From NCBI GenBank assembly GCA_024720975.1, contig JANJXX010000002.1, positions 96,001 to 160,000 of the forward strand: a DNA stretch of 64,000 nt, in the 5' to 3' direction. Shown here one piece after another: positions 28,591 to 38,196 of this stretch. The position numbers and the translations under genes were made by a program. Position 1 is the first letter of the stretch. Every line of letters starts with the position of its first letter. The notes beneath the pieces are model-generated. The model saw only the letters and a list, made by a program, of their open reading frames with translations. It was not told where the DNA came from and did not search any database. Source of the stretch: Thermoproteota archaeon (GTDB taxonomy: Archaea; Asgardarchaeota; Njordarchaeia; Njordarchaeales; Panguiarchaeaceae).

Positions 28591-29784
28591 CTAAAACTTC
28601 CAATATCTTATTTGATACTTTAACAACCTATCCATGTCAACATCCACGCCAATACCAGGCTTATTAGGAACACTTATTGTACCATCACTAGAATTCAATT
28701 TGTGTGGAGGATCAATTATATCCTCCAGCCAGTACCTATTAGATGCTGATATATCAGAGGGATAAGTTATGTTGGGTAACGACGCTATGTGAAGCAAGTG
28801 AGCTTTTCCGATGCCCGTTTCTAGCATTCCCCCGATCCATGTGCCGATACTATTCTTAACGCATAAGTTATGTATTTTAAATGATTCTATTATTCCTCCA
28901 ACGCGCGGAGGCTTTATATTTATTATATCACAGCTGCCGAGTGCTATCGCTGCCTCTGCAGAATGAACCGACCCAATACTTTCATCTAAGCATATTGGTG
29001 TCTTAAGTTGGGGCCTTAGTCTCGCATGATCAACCAAATCATAATAGTGGAGGGGCTGTTCTATCATCAAAAGGTTGAATTTATCCAGGTCCAGTAGAGT
29101 CTTGAGATTTTTGGATATATCATAGGATGCATTTGCGTCTACCTGAAGCGCCACCTCGGGAAATACTTCCCTTACAGCTTTTAAGACCTCTATATCATAT
29201 CCAGGAGCTATTTTCAGCTTTATCCTACAATACCCTTCCTCTACGTATTTCTGGATCAATTCGATGAGATATTGTATTTTGTCTATGATGCCTATGGAAA
29301 CACCCACTGGCACTCTAGTTTTCGCGCCGCCATAAAGTCTATACAGAGGCTCGCCTAGAACTTTTGCATATAGATCCCAAAATGCATATTCTAATGAGCA
29401 CTTAGCTATTGGATGTCCTCTAATGATCTCTAATGAGTCTCTAAAGTCTCTTGGCGAGCTGAATTGTTTATTCAAAATTCTGGGGATTAGAAATTTCTTG
29501 AGAACCAGCAGAGCTGTTTCAGAAGTCTCGTAGGAGAATCCAGGAAAGAGATCAGCAGCTACCTCTCCGTAGCCAACAAAATCGTCTGAATGAAGTTCGA
29601 CTATTAATACGTCCCTCCAGAAGGTTTTTCCGAAGCTGGTCTTAAACTCATCTTTTAATCGCACGCGAATATGCCTCAAAATAACTTGATCGATCGTGAT
29701 AGAGACTTCATTATTCAATTCATGCTCCCGCATATATGATTGATTAAAGAGGAAAGCACTAATATTACCATCTCTAAAGGACAA
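28591..29784 (-). CDS. OSBS / N-succinylamino acid racemase (enolase superfamily)
   Basis: KLK, VDAN, IEQP, LDES, NIKP.RVGG, GGMLETG and DISAS motifs, typical of the NSAR/OSBS subfamily. Confidence 0.9.
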   Translation of the reverse strand: MSFRDGNISAFLFNQSYMREHELNNEVSITIDQVILRHIRVRLKDEFKTSFGKTFWRDVLIVELHSDDFVGYGEVAADLFPGFSYETSETALLVLKKFLIPRILNKQFSSPRDFRDSLEIIRGHPIAKCSLEYAFWDLYAKVLGEPLYRLYGGAKTRVPVGVSIGIIDKIQYLIELIQKYVEEGYCRIKLKIAPGYDIEVLKAVREVFPEVALQVDANASYDISKNLKTLLDLDKFNLLMIEQPLHYYDLVDHARLRPQLKTPICLDESIGSVHSAEAAIALGSCDIINIKPPRVGGIIESFKIHNLCVKNSIGTWIGGMLETGIGKAHLLHIASLPNITYPSDISASNRYWLEDIIDPPHKLNSSDGTISVPNKPGIGVDVDMDRLLKYQIRYWKF

Positions 29785-29874
29785 AATTCACAACTTGCAG
29801 ATCTAAGATTGAATAGATAATTAAACTCGAGTTAAATTTTAGAATTTCACTCAAGAGTTCTCAGGTGGTTTAGA

Positions 29875-30534
29875 ATGAGACGTGCTCTGACAGAACTCGA
29901 AGCTAAGGCCTTTCTTGAAAAATACGGTATCCCTTTTCCGAAAAGAGATCTTGCTCAAAACGAGAACGAAGCGATTAAAATATCACAAAAAATAGGGTAC
30001 CCTGTAGTTTTGAAAGTTGTCTCTCCAGATATCATCCACAAGACTGATGTTGGAGGTGTAAAGATAGGGATCAATTCCGACGACGAGTTACGAGAAGCCT
30101 TCAGAGATATTATGGAAACTGTAAAACGAAAAAAACCTGATGCAAGGATAGATGGAATCTTAGTAGAGGAGATGATTAAAGGCGGTTACGAAGTTATAAT
30201 CGGCGGCATTCAGGATCCAACGTTTGGACCCGTTGTCATGTTTGGTGGTTTAGGAGGAATTTATGTTGAGTTATTCAAGGATGTAACCTTCAGGCTTGCT
30301 CCGATAGATGATGTAGAAGCCGAAGAAATGATTAAAGAGACGAAAGGTTACCAGCTTCTAAAGGGATTTCGAGGCGGAGAACACGCTAACATTGAACTCC
30401 TTAAGAGACTATTAGTAAAGACAAGTCAAATTTTAGTGGAACATCCAGAGATTGTTGAATTAGATTTAAATCCGATACGAATATTCAAGGACAGAGCCGT
30501 CGTTCTAGATGCAAAAATTTTAGTCAAGGGTTAG
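29875..30534 (+). CDS. ADP-forming acyl-CoA synthetase beta subunit (ATP-grasp)
   Basis: GYPVVLKVVSPDIIHKTDVGGV, DPTFGPVVMFG, ELDLNP. Confidence 0.92.
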   Translation: MRRALTELEAKAFLEKYGIPFPKRDLAQNENEAIKISQKIGYPVVLKVVSPDIIHKTDVGGVKIGINSDDELREAFRDIMETVKRKKPDARIDGILVEEMIKGGYEVIIGGIQDPTFGPVVMFGGLGGIYVELFKDVTFRLAPIDDVEAEEMIKETKGYQLLKGFRGGEHANIELLKRLLVKTSQILVEHPEIVELDLNPIRIFKDRAVVLDAKILVKG

Positions 30535-30538
30535 CATC

Positions 30539-30751
30539 TTGATTAAGGAACGACTGTTTGTAGCACTTCTAACTGTTATTTTTCCGTGGGTTGCGCTTAC
30601 CTTTGCAGTTCCGATAGCAGCTCTTTGCGTGTTTAAGGCTAGTGGAAACCAATATTTGGGTTATTTTGTTGCACTATTGGTATTCGTTGTTTTTCTGATT
30701 AGCTGGTATCACTTAAGCATACTATTCCTGAGAAAAAATTTGGAACGATAG
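30539..30751 (+). CDS. Small 2-TM membrane protein
   Basis: 70-aa ORF with two hydrophobic helices, 4 nt after the ACD beta gene. Confidence 0.55.
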   Translation: MIKERLFVALLTVIFPWVALTFAVPIAALCVFKASGNQYLGYFVALLVFVVFLISWYHLSILFLRKNLER

Positions 30752-30780
30752 TTCGCATCAAGCATCTAGAAAATAGCTAG

Positions 30781-30969
30781 CTACGGTGGAAATAGATACC
30801 ACATCGCGATGACGCCAAAAATCAAGAGAAATGCTGCGATAAAGACAAATCTTGGTCCAACTTTAGCGCCCTCAGGTGTTTCTTCATAGAATATAAGCAA
30901 TCCTGCACCTGTTGGTGGTGTAGATAACCTATCACGAGACTTCTTCTTTTTCTCATCTTGCTTGGGCAT
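30781..30969 (-). CDS. secG: Preprotein translocase subunit Sec61beta
   Basis: PPTGAGLLIFYEE...KVGP plus C-terminal TM. GGAGG SD before MPKQ. Confidence 0.9.
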   Translation of the reverse strand: MPKQDEKKKKSRDRLSTPPTGAGLLIFYEETPEGAKVGPRFVFIAAFLLIFGVIAMWYLFPP

Positions 30970-31034
30970 TTTTGACCTCCTGCTTGAGTAGGTATTATAC
31001 TTAAGCATTGATTTAATTAAAGGCATCACGAAAA

Positions 31035-31958
31035 TTATGGACTAGAGTCTGTTTTTCCTAACTCATTGTAGAAAATTTTTCTGACAATTTTTCTAATTTC
31101 TTCATCGCCTCCAAGGGCCTCTCGTATTTCTCGGATCTTATTTCTTAGTGTTATCTCTGTACAATAAACAACTTTTGCGAAGTCTTTCTGCGATCGCGTT
31201 TCTCCCGTATATTCAGTTGATATGTAAGTGCATGCAGCTGCGACCGACAATGGATCTCTTCCAGTGAGTAACTGCTTTTCTTCGACAGTTTTTGCGAGCT
31301 CTTCCGCTATCCTTACACAATGGAAACTCAACTTGAGTTTTTCAGCTATGTAACGTATATAATCACGCGGTCTAACTGGTTGAAGCTTTATTTTTAACGT
31401 ACTTGTGAATTCCTTAAGCGCTCTTGAGAAGTTTTTCTTTAATACATCTGCTGACTTTAGCATATAATCTAATGGAACAGGATGAAGCATTAAACGCGAA
31501 GCAACAAAGATTGCTGCTAAAACATAAGCATTTAATTCTTTTGCTTTAAGGTTTCTCTTCTGATTGAAATCGAGTAATAGATGAATAGTCTTTCTCTCGA
31601 CCTCGGGGTGAAGCTTAAATATGGCTGAGAATTTTTTAACAAGGAATTTAGTCTCAAGAACACGCCGAGATCTGTAATCCTCTGTTATATTCGAGCCGGA
31701 GTATGGTTGATAATCCGCTAGAAGAGGGTGCTGATCCCCAAGAGATTTAATTAACCTGCTTTCTCTGTATAGGTCATCCACGTTAAAGAATCGCTGCTCT
31801 GAATCTGTCGAGATATTATCCTCATCAAACACACGACCACAAAGAGGACATACTAGAACTTCAGATTCAACCTCGTTTAAGCAAACGGTGATTAAAGGTA
31901 ACCCACAAACGGGGCAGGAAGTAGTTTTATTAGTTTTATTAGTGGTATCATCATCCAT
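31035..31958 (-). CDS. tfb: Transcription initiation factor TFB (divergent)
   Basis: CPVC...CPLCG Zn ribbon, two cyclin repeats, GRDPLSVAAA, TEITLRNK. Confidence 0.88.
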   Translation of the reverse strand: MDDDTTNKTNKTTSCPVCGLPLITVCLNEVESEVLVCPLCGRVFDEDNISTDSEQRFFNVDDLYRESRLIKSLGDQHPLLADYQPYSGSNITEDYRSRRVLETKFLVKKFSAIFKLHPEVERKTIHLLLDFNQKRNLKAKELNAYVLAAIFVASRLMLHPVPLDYMLKSADVLKKNFSRALKEFTSTLKIKLQPVRPRDYIRYIAEKLKLSFHCVRIAEELAKTVEEKQLLTGRDPLSVAAACTYISTEYTGETRSQKDFAKVVYCTEITLRNKIREIREALGGDEEIRKIVRKIFYNELGKTDSSP

Positions 31959-32252
31959 ATGAATTACCCTTCGTTAAGAACTCAGTCATTTTCAAAAATA
32001 TGTTATATGCTACCCGCTCTTTTAAAATTTATTATTCATGATGTTAATTATGGAAAGACTTTGATGTACTTCTCGTTGGTCGTCGTAATTATTACAACCA
32101 GAAGATTTTTAATATGAACTTTTGAATGCTATCTAGCAGAAGTATCTTACTTTCCTAGCTTTGATTTATTACTATAAATATTGTGTCGATTTTTATATTC
32201 CTAAATATTGACTGAGAGACTAACTTGAACGCAAAACTGGTGAAAAATAAAA

Positions 32253-32705
32253 ATGCCACTGAAACCAGAGGAAGTGGAAAAATTTTTAAGTAATACTCCA
32301 CCGAAATGGTTGGAATTCACCTACAGAGGTTACACAATTAAGGAGCTTTTAACCATGCCATTGGATGAATTGGCGAAGATCGCTCCAGCTAGGATACGTA
32401 GAAAAATACTGAGATTTATTAACGGGAATGGTGGCCTAACAATAATGGAGCGCAGACTATTAGACAAGATAAAAAAGTACCATGAACGCGGTATAAAGAA
32501 ACCGATAAAGACACACTGTAGAGATTTTCCAATTCTCCCAGAAATGATTGGCATGCGTTTTCTAGTCCATAATGGAAAGGAGTTCGTCGAGGTCCACATA
32601 ACCCCATGGCATTTATTCAACCGACTCGGAGATTTTGCACCGACTACAAAATTCGTCCAGCACGGTGGTGTTAAGAAGGCCGGAACTGAAAGAAAGGAAA
32701 AGTAA
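32253..32705 (+). CDS. rps19p: 30S ribosomal protein uS19
   Basis: FTYRG, IKTHCRD..ILPEMIG, VHNGKEF, LGDFAPT. Confidence 0.95.
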   Translation: MPLKPEEVEKFLSNTPPKWLEFTYRGYTIKELLTMPLDELAKIAPARIRRKILRFINGNGGLTIMERRLLDKIKKYHERGIKKPIKTHCRDFPILPEMIGMRFLVHNGKEFVEVHITPWHLFNRLGDFAPTTKFVQHGGVKKAGTERKEK

Positions 32706-32717
32706 TAGGTGAATTTT

Positions 32718-33272
32718 ATGCCAAAGAACAGAGAAGGATACACGGTCCTTATCAAAGAGCTACCAAGAGAAAGAATAGCTCTCGCTAGAGGGCGAAACCT
32801 ACCTATAAAATGGAAACACGCCGTTAATATTTGTGATGCAATAACTTCCAAGAGACTACTGATTGATGAAGCAATAGAATACCTAAAAAACGTAATTGCC
32901 CGAAAAGAATACGTTCCATACTTTACTCACAGGCGACATTATGCACATAGAAAGGGTTCTGAGAAATGGAAATGGCCCCAGGGAGGATATCCTGAAAAAG
33001 CCGCTAGATACATACTAAAAATACTCAACAGCGCAAGGGCTAATGCTGAGCACGCCAGATTGGATCCATCAAAATGCATCATCTTCGTGATGTCAGCACA
33101 TAAGGGGCGCGCGATCCGCCGCCGCCCTGACCGCATAGGCCCTGGCCTGTTTCGAGGACAAAAAGTTAAAAGAGGCTGCAATATAGAGGTCGTTCTGTAC
33201 CAATTAACAGATGAAGAATATGAGCAACTCATGAGAGCCCGCAAAAAAGAGGAAACGTCAGCTGGCTCCTAA
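32718..33272 (+). CDS. rpl22: 50S ribosomal protein uL22
   Basis: HRKG, GGYPEKAA, ARANAE, AHKG motifs. Confidence 0.92.
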   Translation: MPKNREGYTVLIKELPRERIALARGRNLPIKWKHAVNICDAITSKRLLIDEAIEYLKNVIARKEYVPYFTHRRHYAHRKGSEKWKWPQGGYPEKAARYILKILNSARANAEHARLDPSKCIIFVMSAHKGRAIRRRPDRIGPGLFRGQKVKRGCNIEVVLYQLTDEEYEQLMRARKKEETSAGS

Positions 33273-34106
33273 GCACTTAAGTTTAGTTACTTCTTCAGTT
33301 ATCACCTCAAGTTGCCAATTATCCAAACTCCTGATTCTAATCTGAGGACTTATGCCACGCTTCTCAATTGCTTGAATGATCCCCTCGGCACAGTTGCGCG
33401 GGAAGTGCTCGCGAATAGCACTTCTGAGCGTCCTATTAGGTGTATTAAAAAGTATTGTTACAACTCTATTGTAGTCATCAAACGAGACTATATGATTAAT
33501 CCTTCGCGGCTTCATACGAATGAGTGCTGAATCGACATTCGGAGTAGGAAAGAAATTTCTCCTCGAGACTCTTGAGAGAATTTCAACTTCAGCAAAGTAT
33601 TGAATTGTGGCGGAGATCCTACTCCTCTTCTCTCCTGGTCTCGCCGCAAGTTTTTCAGCAAATTCGAATTGGACAATAAAAACCGCTAACTCAAAGTCCG
33701 GTTTTGTGAAATATGTCTGAGCTAGCCTAAACATAAGTGGAGATACTATGTGGAAAGGTGGGTTTGAAACTATCTTTGTTACATCCGAGGGAAGATCTAT
33801 TTCCAGAGCATCGCCAACTATTAGTTCTATTTTCCCCTCTTCGATGAAATTTTTAAGTCGCTCTCTTAAAACGAGAGCTATATCAGGATCAACTTCAATT
33901 GCGTATACTTTCCTAGCTAGAGGTGCCAAGAGCTCTGTTAGGAAACCAAAACCGGCTCCTATGTCGAGCACTACATCACAGCTGCGTACATTTGCTGCTT
34001 CAATTTCGAGTTCGATAACATGCCTCGCATGAAGAAAATTCTGGGATAACTTTGGATCTAACCTTATGTTGTACCTCCTGCAAAGTTTAAGTATGTCGCT
34101 GAGCAT
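33258..34106 (-). CDS. rsmA: 16S rRNA dimethyladenosine transferase KsgA/Dim1
   Basis: LSQNFL, DIGAGFG, NPPF, FFPTPNVDSA. Confidence 0.92.
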   Translation of the reverse strand: MLSDILKLCRRYNIRLDPKLSQNFLHARHVIELEIEAANVRSCDVVLDIGAGFGFLTELLAPLARKVYAIEVDPDIALVLRERLKNFIEEGKIELIVGDALEIDLPSDVTKIVSNPPFHIVSPLMFRLAQTYFTKPDFELAVFIVQFEFAEKLAARPGEKRSRISATIQYFAEVEILSRVSRRNFFPTPNVDSALIRMKPRRINHIVSFDDYNRVVTILFNTPNRTLRSAIREHFPRNCAEGIIQAIEKRGISPQIRIRSLDNWQLEVITEEVTKLKCLGAS

Positions 34107-34125
34107 TCTAGTAACACAACTTGGA

Positions 34126-35058
34126 CTATTTCATATATTTACGCGTTGATTTAACTGCAGCAACTAACCTGTCAACAAAATAGTCTATATTTTCATCCAA
34201 ATAAACTCTAACTACATTAGGTCTAGCTATCGTTATATAACCCATTCTCTCGAGCGATCGTGAGAGTATAGTTAAATCGTAGCTACGAGAGCTAATATAG
34301 CACAACTTTACCTGCCTCCCATCACAACCAAGCAGTAGGATTATAGGCGCATTTAGAGGCGGTGCATAAAGCAAATACTTGGCGGCGATTTTTTCAACCG
34401 CATCTTTAATTGAGAATGATATCATCGCCACTTGTGGCGCGACCACCTGGAGGTTATCCCTGATTTTGTTCACTGTGAACTTTACTAAGCCGGCTAAATC
34501 CACAGATGTCGCTTTCTGAATCCAATCCCTAACTCTGTCCCATAATCCAGCTTTTACAAGGATTGCTAGCTCTTTATGAGCACTTTTTTCAGATAGCAAC
34601 CAGGCAAGTAAAAGCTTCTCAGAGAATGCATCTGCATGAATATTTCGCGTTGCTATATCATAGACAGCATCGAGAAAATCATTGGGAATTTCAAGATTGA
34701 ATGCATCAACAACAAGGTCTGTTAGTGATCCGTAGCTACTATCACACAAAATTAAGTTTGTCTGAAGTGCAGCACCATAGAATTGCTCGCAGTTAACCAC
34801 ATCAATTATGAAACTCTGGAATACCTGCAAATCTCTACTTATGGGTACTCCCAATATAACGCTGTACTTAGCCCTTCTAATGATGAGCCTAAATCGTATG
34901 GGAGCATCAAAAATTCTACTGAGAAGCCCAGAAGAAAATATCCCATCTAAATGAGGTTGCGTTATTATATTTCTATACTTCCGATGCATACCATTTGGAG
35001 AACTCATACATGACATAGAATTACCTGCAATTCTCATTCTGGAGAAATAAAAGTCCAT
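34126..35058 (-). CDS. Hypothetical protein, degenerate DHH-phosphoesterase-like
   Basis: HLDGIFS resembles DHH motif I. The DHH motif position reads IIDVV. The true start is probably downstream of the ORF start. Confidence 0.5.
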   Translation of the reverse strand: MDFYFSRMRIAGNSMSCMSSPNGMHRKYRNIITQPHLDGIFSSGLLSRIFDAPIRFRLIIRRAKYSVILGVPISRDLQVFQSFIIDVVNCEQFYGAALQTNLILCDSSYGSLTDLVVDAFNLEIPNDFLDAVYDIATRNIHADAFSEKLLLAWLLSEKSAHKELAILVKAGLWDRVRDWIQKATSVDLAGLVKFTVNKIRDNLQVVAPQVAMISFSIKDAVEKIAAKYLLYAPPLNAPIILLLGCDGRQVKLCYISSRSYDLTILSRSLERMGYITIARPNVVRVYLDENIDYFVDRLVAAVKSTRKYMK

Positions 35059-35810
35059 TCTGACTCTTCAATTTGGTACTTTACCTCATCAATAATCCAG
35101 CGTTCTATAGCCTCTCGATCCTCCAGATAAACAAACTTATCGTCAATTGGCGTCTCTATTTTAAACAAAATCAAACCCTCAGGCGGTGCTGGCGGGATGC
35201 CTCCCTTATACTGCTTTCCTCTAAGAATATTCACGTAGGTCTCAAAGCTTACTCTACGCATACTAACGCCGAGCAACAGACTGACCACTCGCCGTACTTG
35301 CTCCCAGTAAAATCTTCGTCCGGCGACCCTAAAGAAGATCCAATAACTAGAGACGTCAAAGTCCACGAAAATACGCATCCATGGATTTCTTACCGACTGA
35401 CTGGGGTGCTTAATCAAGTGATAATAGTTGTGAGTTCTGCCGTTCAAGTAGTGAACGGCTTTTTCTAAGCGCTCGACATCCACACTGGGAAATAGTGGCG
35501 ATATGTACAGGTATTCCTTCCTAATAATCTTAAACTCGGGTAAGCTATCGGCGTAGTATGCAAACAACCTAACATCTGCTGGGAGTTCATTCCTAACGAA
35601 ATGCAAGAGATCCAAATCTCCCTGTTGTAAAAATATTATTTGATCAACCGCAGAAACCTTTGCATCTGTCCTGGAAACATACCTTATTGACTTAGAGTAG
35701 CCACTCTTTCTGAGTACACTTTGTAGAACTCCCTGCACAGTCGGAACGTCTGGCTGTATTTGAAAGCCTCTATAATTGAACCCCAGGTACGCGCAACGAA
35801 TCACTAGCAT
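35034..35810 (-). CDS. truA: tRNA pseudouridine synthase TruA
   Basis: GFQIQPDVPTVQ, SRTDAKVSA, QVRR, APPEGLIL. Confidence 0.92.
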   Translation of the reverse strand: MLVIRCAYLGFNYRGFQIQPDVPTVQGVLQSVLRKSGYSKSIRYVSRTDAKVSAVDQIIFLQQGDLDLLHFVRNELPADVRLFAYYADSLPEFKIIRKEYLYISPLFPSVDVERLEKAVHYLNGRTHNYYHLIKHPSQSVRNPWMRIFVDFDVSSYWIFFRVAGRRFYWEQVRRVVSLLLGVSMRRVSFETYVNILRGKQYKGGIPPAPPEGLILFKIETPIDDKFVYLEDREAIERWIIDEVKYQIEESEWTFISPE

Positions 35811-35819
35811 GTTCTATCC

Positions 35820-36680
35820 CTAACTTATGAGTTCGTAAATCGTTGGTGAATCATCTACATAGAATGTTTGAATGTCTTTTACTATTGTGACTAATCTCCC
35901 TGTCGTAGGATGAATAGAGCCGGGCATTCTTAGAAGTCTGTTCACATCTATTGTTACCTGCCGATCTACACGTGGTAACCGCTTTCTAACAGTTTTCCAT
36001 ATTTCGGCGACTTTTTTCTTCGCAGTGACATCAACTACATCAATTCTCCCGATTTGATCCACCTTACCGAAGATTTTAAGTGCCCTTTTCTGCCAGTATA
36101 GAGGACGCCTAAAGTTTTCACCCTGAGGAGAGATCCATTCAACAATGGCTTCTCTTGCTTCTTCATCTAATTCCATGACTTCAGATGACTCTGAAACCCA
36201 ACAGTGTAAACCACGTCTACCGCTGAAGACCCAGGTTATTTTTTCGAATCCAAAGTCCTCTCGTAGGGTCTCATCAATAAATATAGCCGAATCTCTCACA
36301 AGCGGCCAGCATTGCCTACACACGTGTTCCTTACCCTTTCCACAAGTACGTATGTCATCATACTCTGTTAAGTCTAAATCAAAAATCAGCTCGTGTCCAA
36401 GCCACTTGAGCTGTGTAATGGACTGCCCCCTCGGTGGAGGATCATATAGACCACCTACAGATATAGCTTGAGGTATTTCCGACCGAACAAACCTTAGAAA
36501 ATCGTCTGGTGTTTCAAAAGATCTATTTCTCGTGAAGATTTCTTTGTCATCTTTGATGAATACGAAACCAAATTCTCTGTGATGGAATGTGCTTGGATCT
36601 ATTATCTTAAACAACTGAGCTAGGGAGAACACATGCTTATAGAACTTTTCCAAGATATCAATTGGTATCAACCTAACCAC
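35820..36680 (-). CDS. priS: DNA primase small subunit
   Basis: REFGF, ELIFDLD, FSGRRGLH, DRQVTIDVNRLLRMPGSIH. Confidence 0.95.
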   Translation of the reverse strand: MVRLIPIDILEKFYKHVFSLAQLFKIIDPSTFHHREFGFVFIKDDKEIFTRNRSFETPDDFLRFVRSEIPQAISVGGLYDPPPRGQSITQLKWLGHELIFDLDLTEYDDIRTCGKGKEHVCRQCWPLVRDSAIFIDETLREDFGFEKITWVFSGRRGLHCWVSESSEVMELDEEAREAIVEWISPQGENFRRPLYWQKRALKIFGKVDQIGRIDVVDVTAKKKVAEIWKTVRKRLPRVDRQVTIDVNRLLRMPGSIHPTTGRLVTIVKDIQTFYVDDSPTIYELIS

Positions 36681-36886
36681 TAGACAGCCAAGATGTGCTT
36701 TCTCGTCCTAGCTCTTGCTTTGACTAAAATCGTTTTGTTACAATTGGGACATGCAATCCTATTGACCAATGCCAGTGCTGACGGCAGTGCCTGGTCACCG
36801 GACAGCCCCCAAACTTGACCACAATGTGGGCATACGACCCTTGCTTTGGCCTTTGCAGGTATTCCAGGACCCGACCGCTCCTCCAT
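36680..36886 (-). CDS. rpoP: RNA polymerase subunit Rpo12 (RpoP)
   Basis: CPHCG...IACPNCNKTILVKAR...KHILAV pattern. Confidence 0.75.
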   Translation of the reverse strand: MEERSGPGIPAKAKARVVCPHCGQVWGLSGDQALPSALALVNRIACPNCNKTILVKARARTRKHILAV

Positions 36887-36987
36887 AATGTCACCTGGCT
36901 AGTTCAATTTGATTCTAGCATTTTAATAAAAATCCGATGCTACAGATAATAAAAAGGTTTCCAAAGATAACATGAATTATTATACTA

Positions 36988-38196
36988 TCACTCAACTTGT
37001 TGAGCACTCTGTTGTTGTCGCTCTCCTAAGTTAATGATTTTGGTCTTATTATCTTCTTTATAAGCGAGGTATTTTACTCCTGCACTTCCCAGTTTGATTA
37101 ATAGATCCTCTGTTGGATGCATATCCATGATTATCACGTGAATCTTAAAATCACTACTTGAGATCATTTCAACTGAAGACTCGAGCAGCGTTAAAGCTCC
37201 AGAGAATATCTCCTCTAAGTTCTCATCCAAAGCTACGAATCTTTTGCTACCGACGATTTTCTCTAACTTTGCATCCAAGACTTCCTCAAGATTTTCAACT
37301 CGCTCAGCCTTGTATGCTTCTTCGAAGTGTTGCTCGAGGAGGTATTCCAATCTGCTGATATCAAGAGCTAGTTTCTCGGTCGATAATTTGTAGTCCAGCG
37401 CTTTCTTTATTTCCTTAAATGACAGCTCTTCGACTTCTTTGCCTCTAGGAGCTATTGCTACATAGTCCACGTCCGCCGTTTGAAGCAACGATTTAAGTAA
37501 AAGTATACCGGCTCTATCACCATCAACAAAGACTGTTGTCGTTTTCTTTTTCGATAAATCAATTATTGATTCAGGAATTTCACCGGAGCCTCCTACGGCG
37601 ATTGCATTATCAAAGCCGTGCTTGAGTAGGTTTAATACATCTGCACGACCCTCTACTATTATTATTTCATCCGACTTGAGTATTCCAACACCCGCGGGGA
37701 GTTTTTCAGGACCATAGGATATAATCTTAGACTTCTTAAGATGTTCCTCAACCAATCTAGGCACTTTCTCTGGAGGAATTTTGGTTTTTTCGAAAGTATG
37801 CCAACTTGCCAGGATCTCACTCGCACGCTCGATTATGCTTCGTCGTCGCTCCTCCAGAACATTTTCTATGGATTCTAGTTTTGTTTCAGCTTGGGCGGGC
37901 CCGATTTTATCGACTGTTTCTATAGCAGCCGCAAGCGTTGCCGCTTCGACTTTATTTAATGAGCATGGTATAGTTATCTCAGCATATGTCTTTCCCTCTC
38001 GATGAATTATTGACACTTCGATTCGTCCTATTCGACCCATATTCAGTAAGTTTTGGGGGTCGAGGTCTGGAGGCAATATACCCTCAAGCTGTCCAAATAT
38101 CGCTCCTATGATATCGTTTCTTTCCACGAAACCATTAACTGTCATCCTGAATTTCAGTACGTATTTAGAAAAGGGAACTCTATTCGAACTTGCCAT
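36988..38196 (-). CDS. dnaG: Archaeal DnaG (TOPRIM, exosome-associated)
   Basis: IIGAIFGQ.EG, GRIGRI, IVEGRADV, DGDRAG, KEVEEL. Confidence 0.95.
   Translation of the reverse strand: MASSNRVPFSKYVLKFRMTVNGFVERNDIIGAIFGQLEGILPPDLDPQNLLNMGRIGRIEVSIIHREGKTYAEITIPCSLNKVEAATLAAAIETVDKIGPAQAETKLESIENVLEERRRSIIERASEILASWHTFEKTKIPPEKVPRLVEEHLKKSKIISYGPEKLPAGVGILKSDEIIIVEGRADVLNLLKHGFDNAIAVGGSGEIPESIIDLSKKKTTTVFVDGDRAGILLLKSLLQTADVDYVAIAPRGKEVEELSFKEIKKALDYKLSTEKLALDISRLEYLLEQHFEEAYKAERVENLEEVLDAKLEKIVGSKRFVALDENLEEIFSGALTLLESSVEMISSSDFKIHVIIMDMHPTEDLLIKLGSAGVKYLAYKEDNKTKIINLGERQQQSAQQVE

Noticed and set aside
28591-29784. Calling the gene menC
   Set aside because: No men context. The GNAT linkage favours NSAR function.
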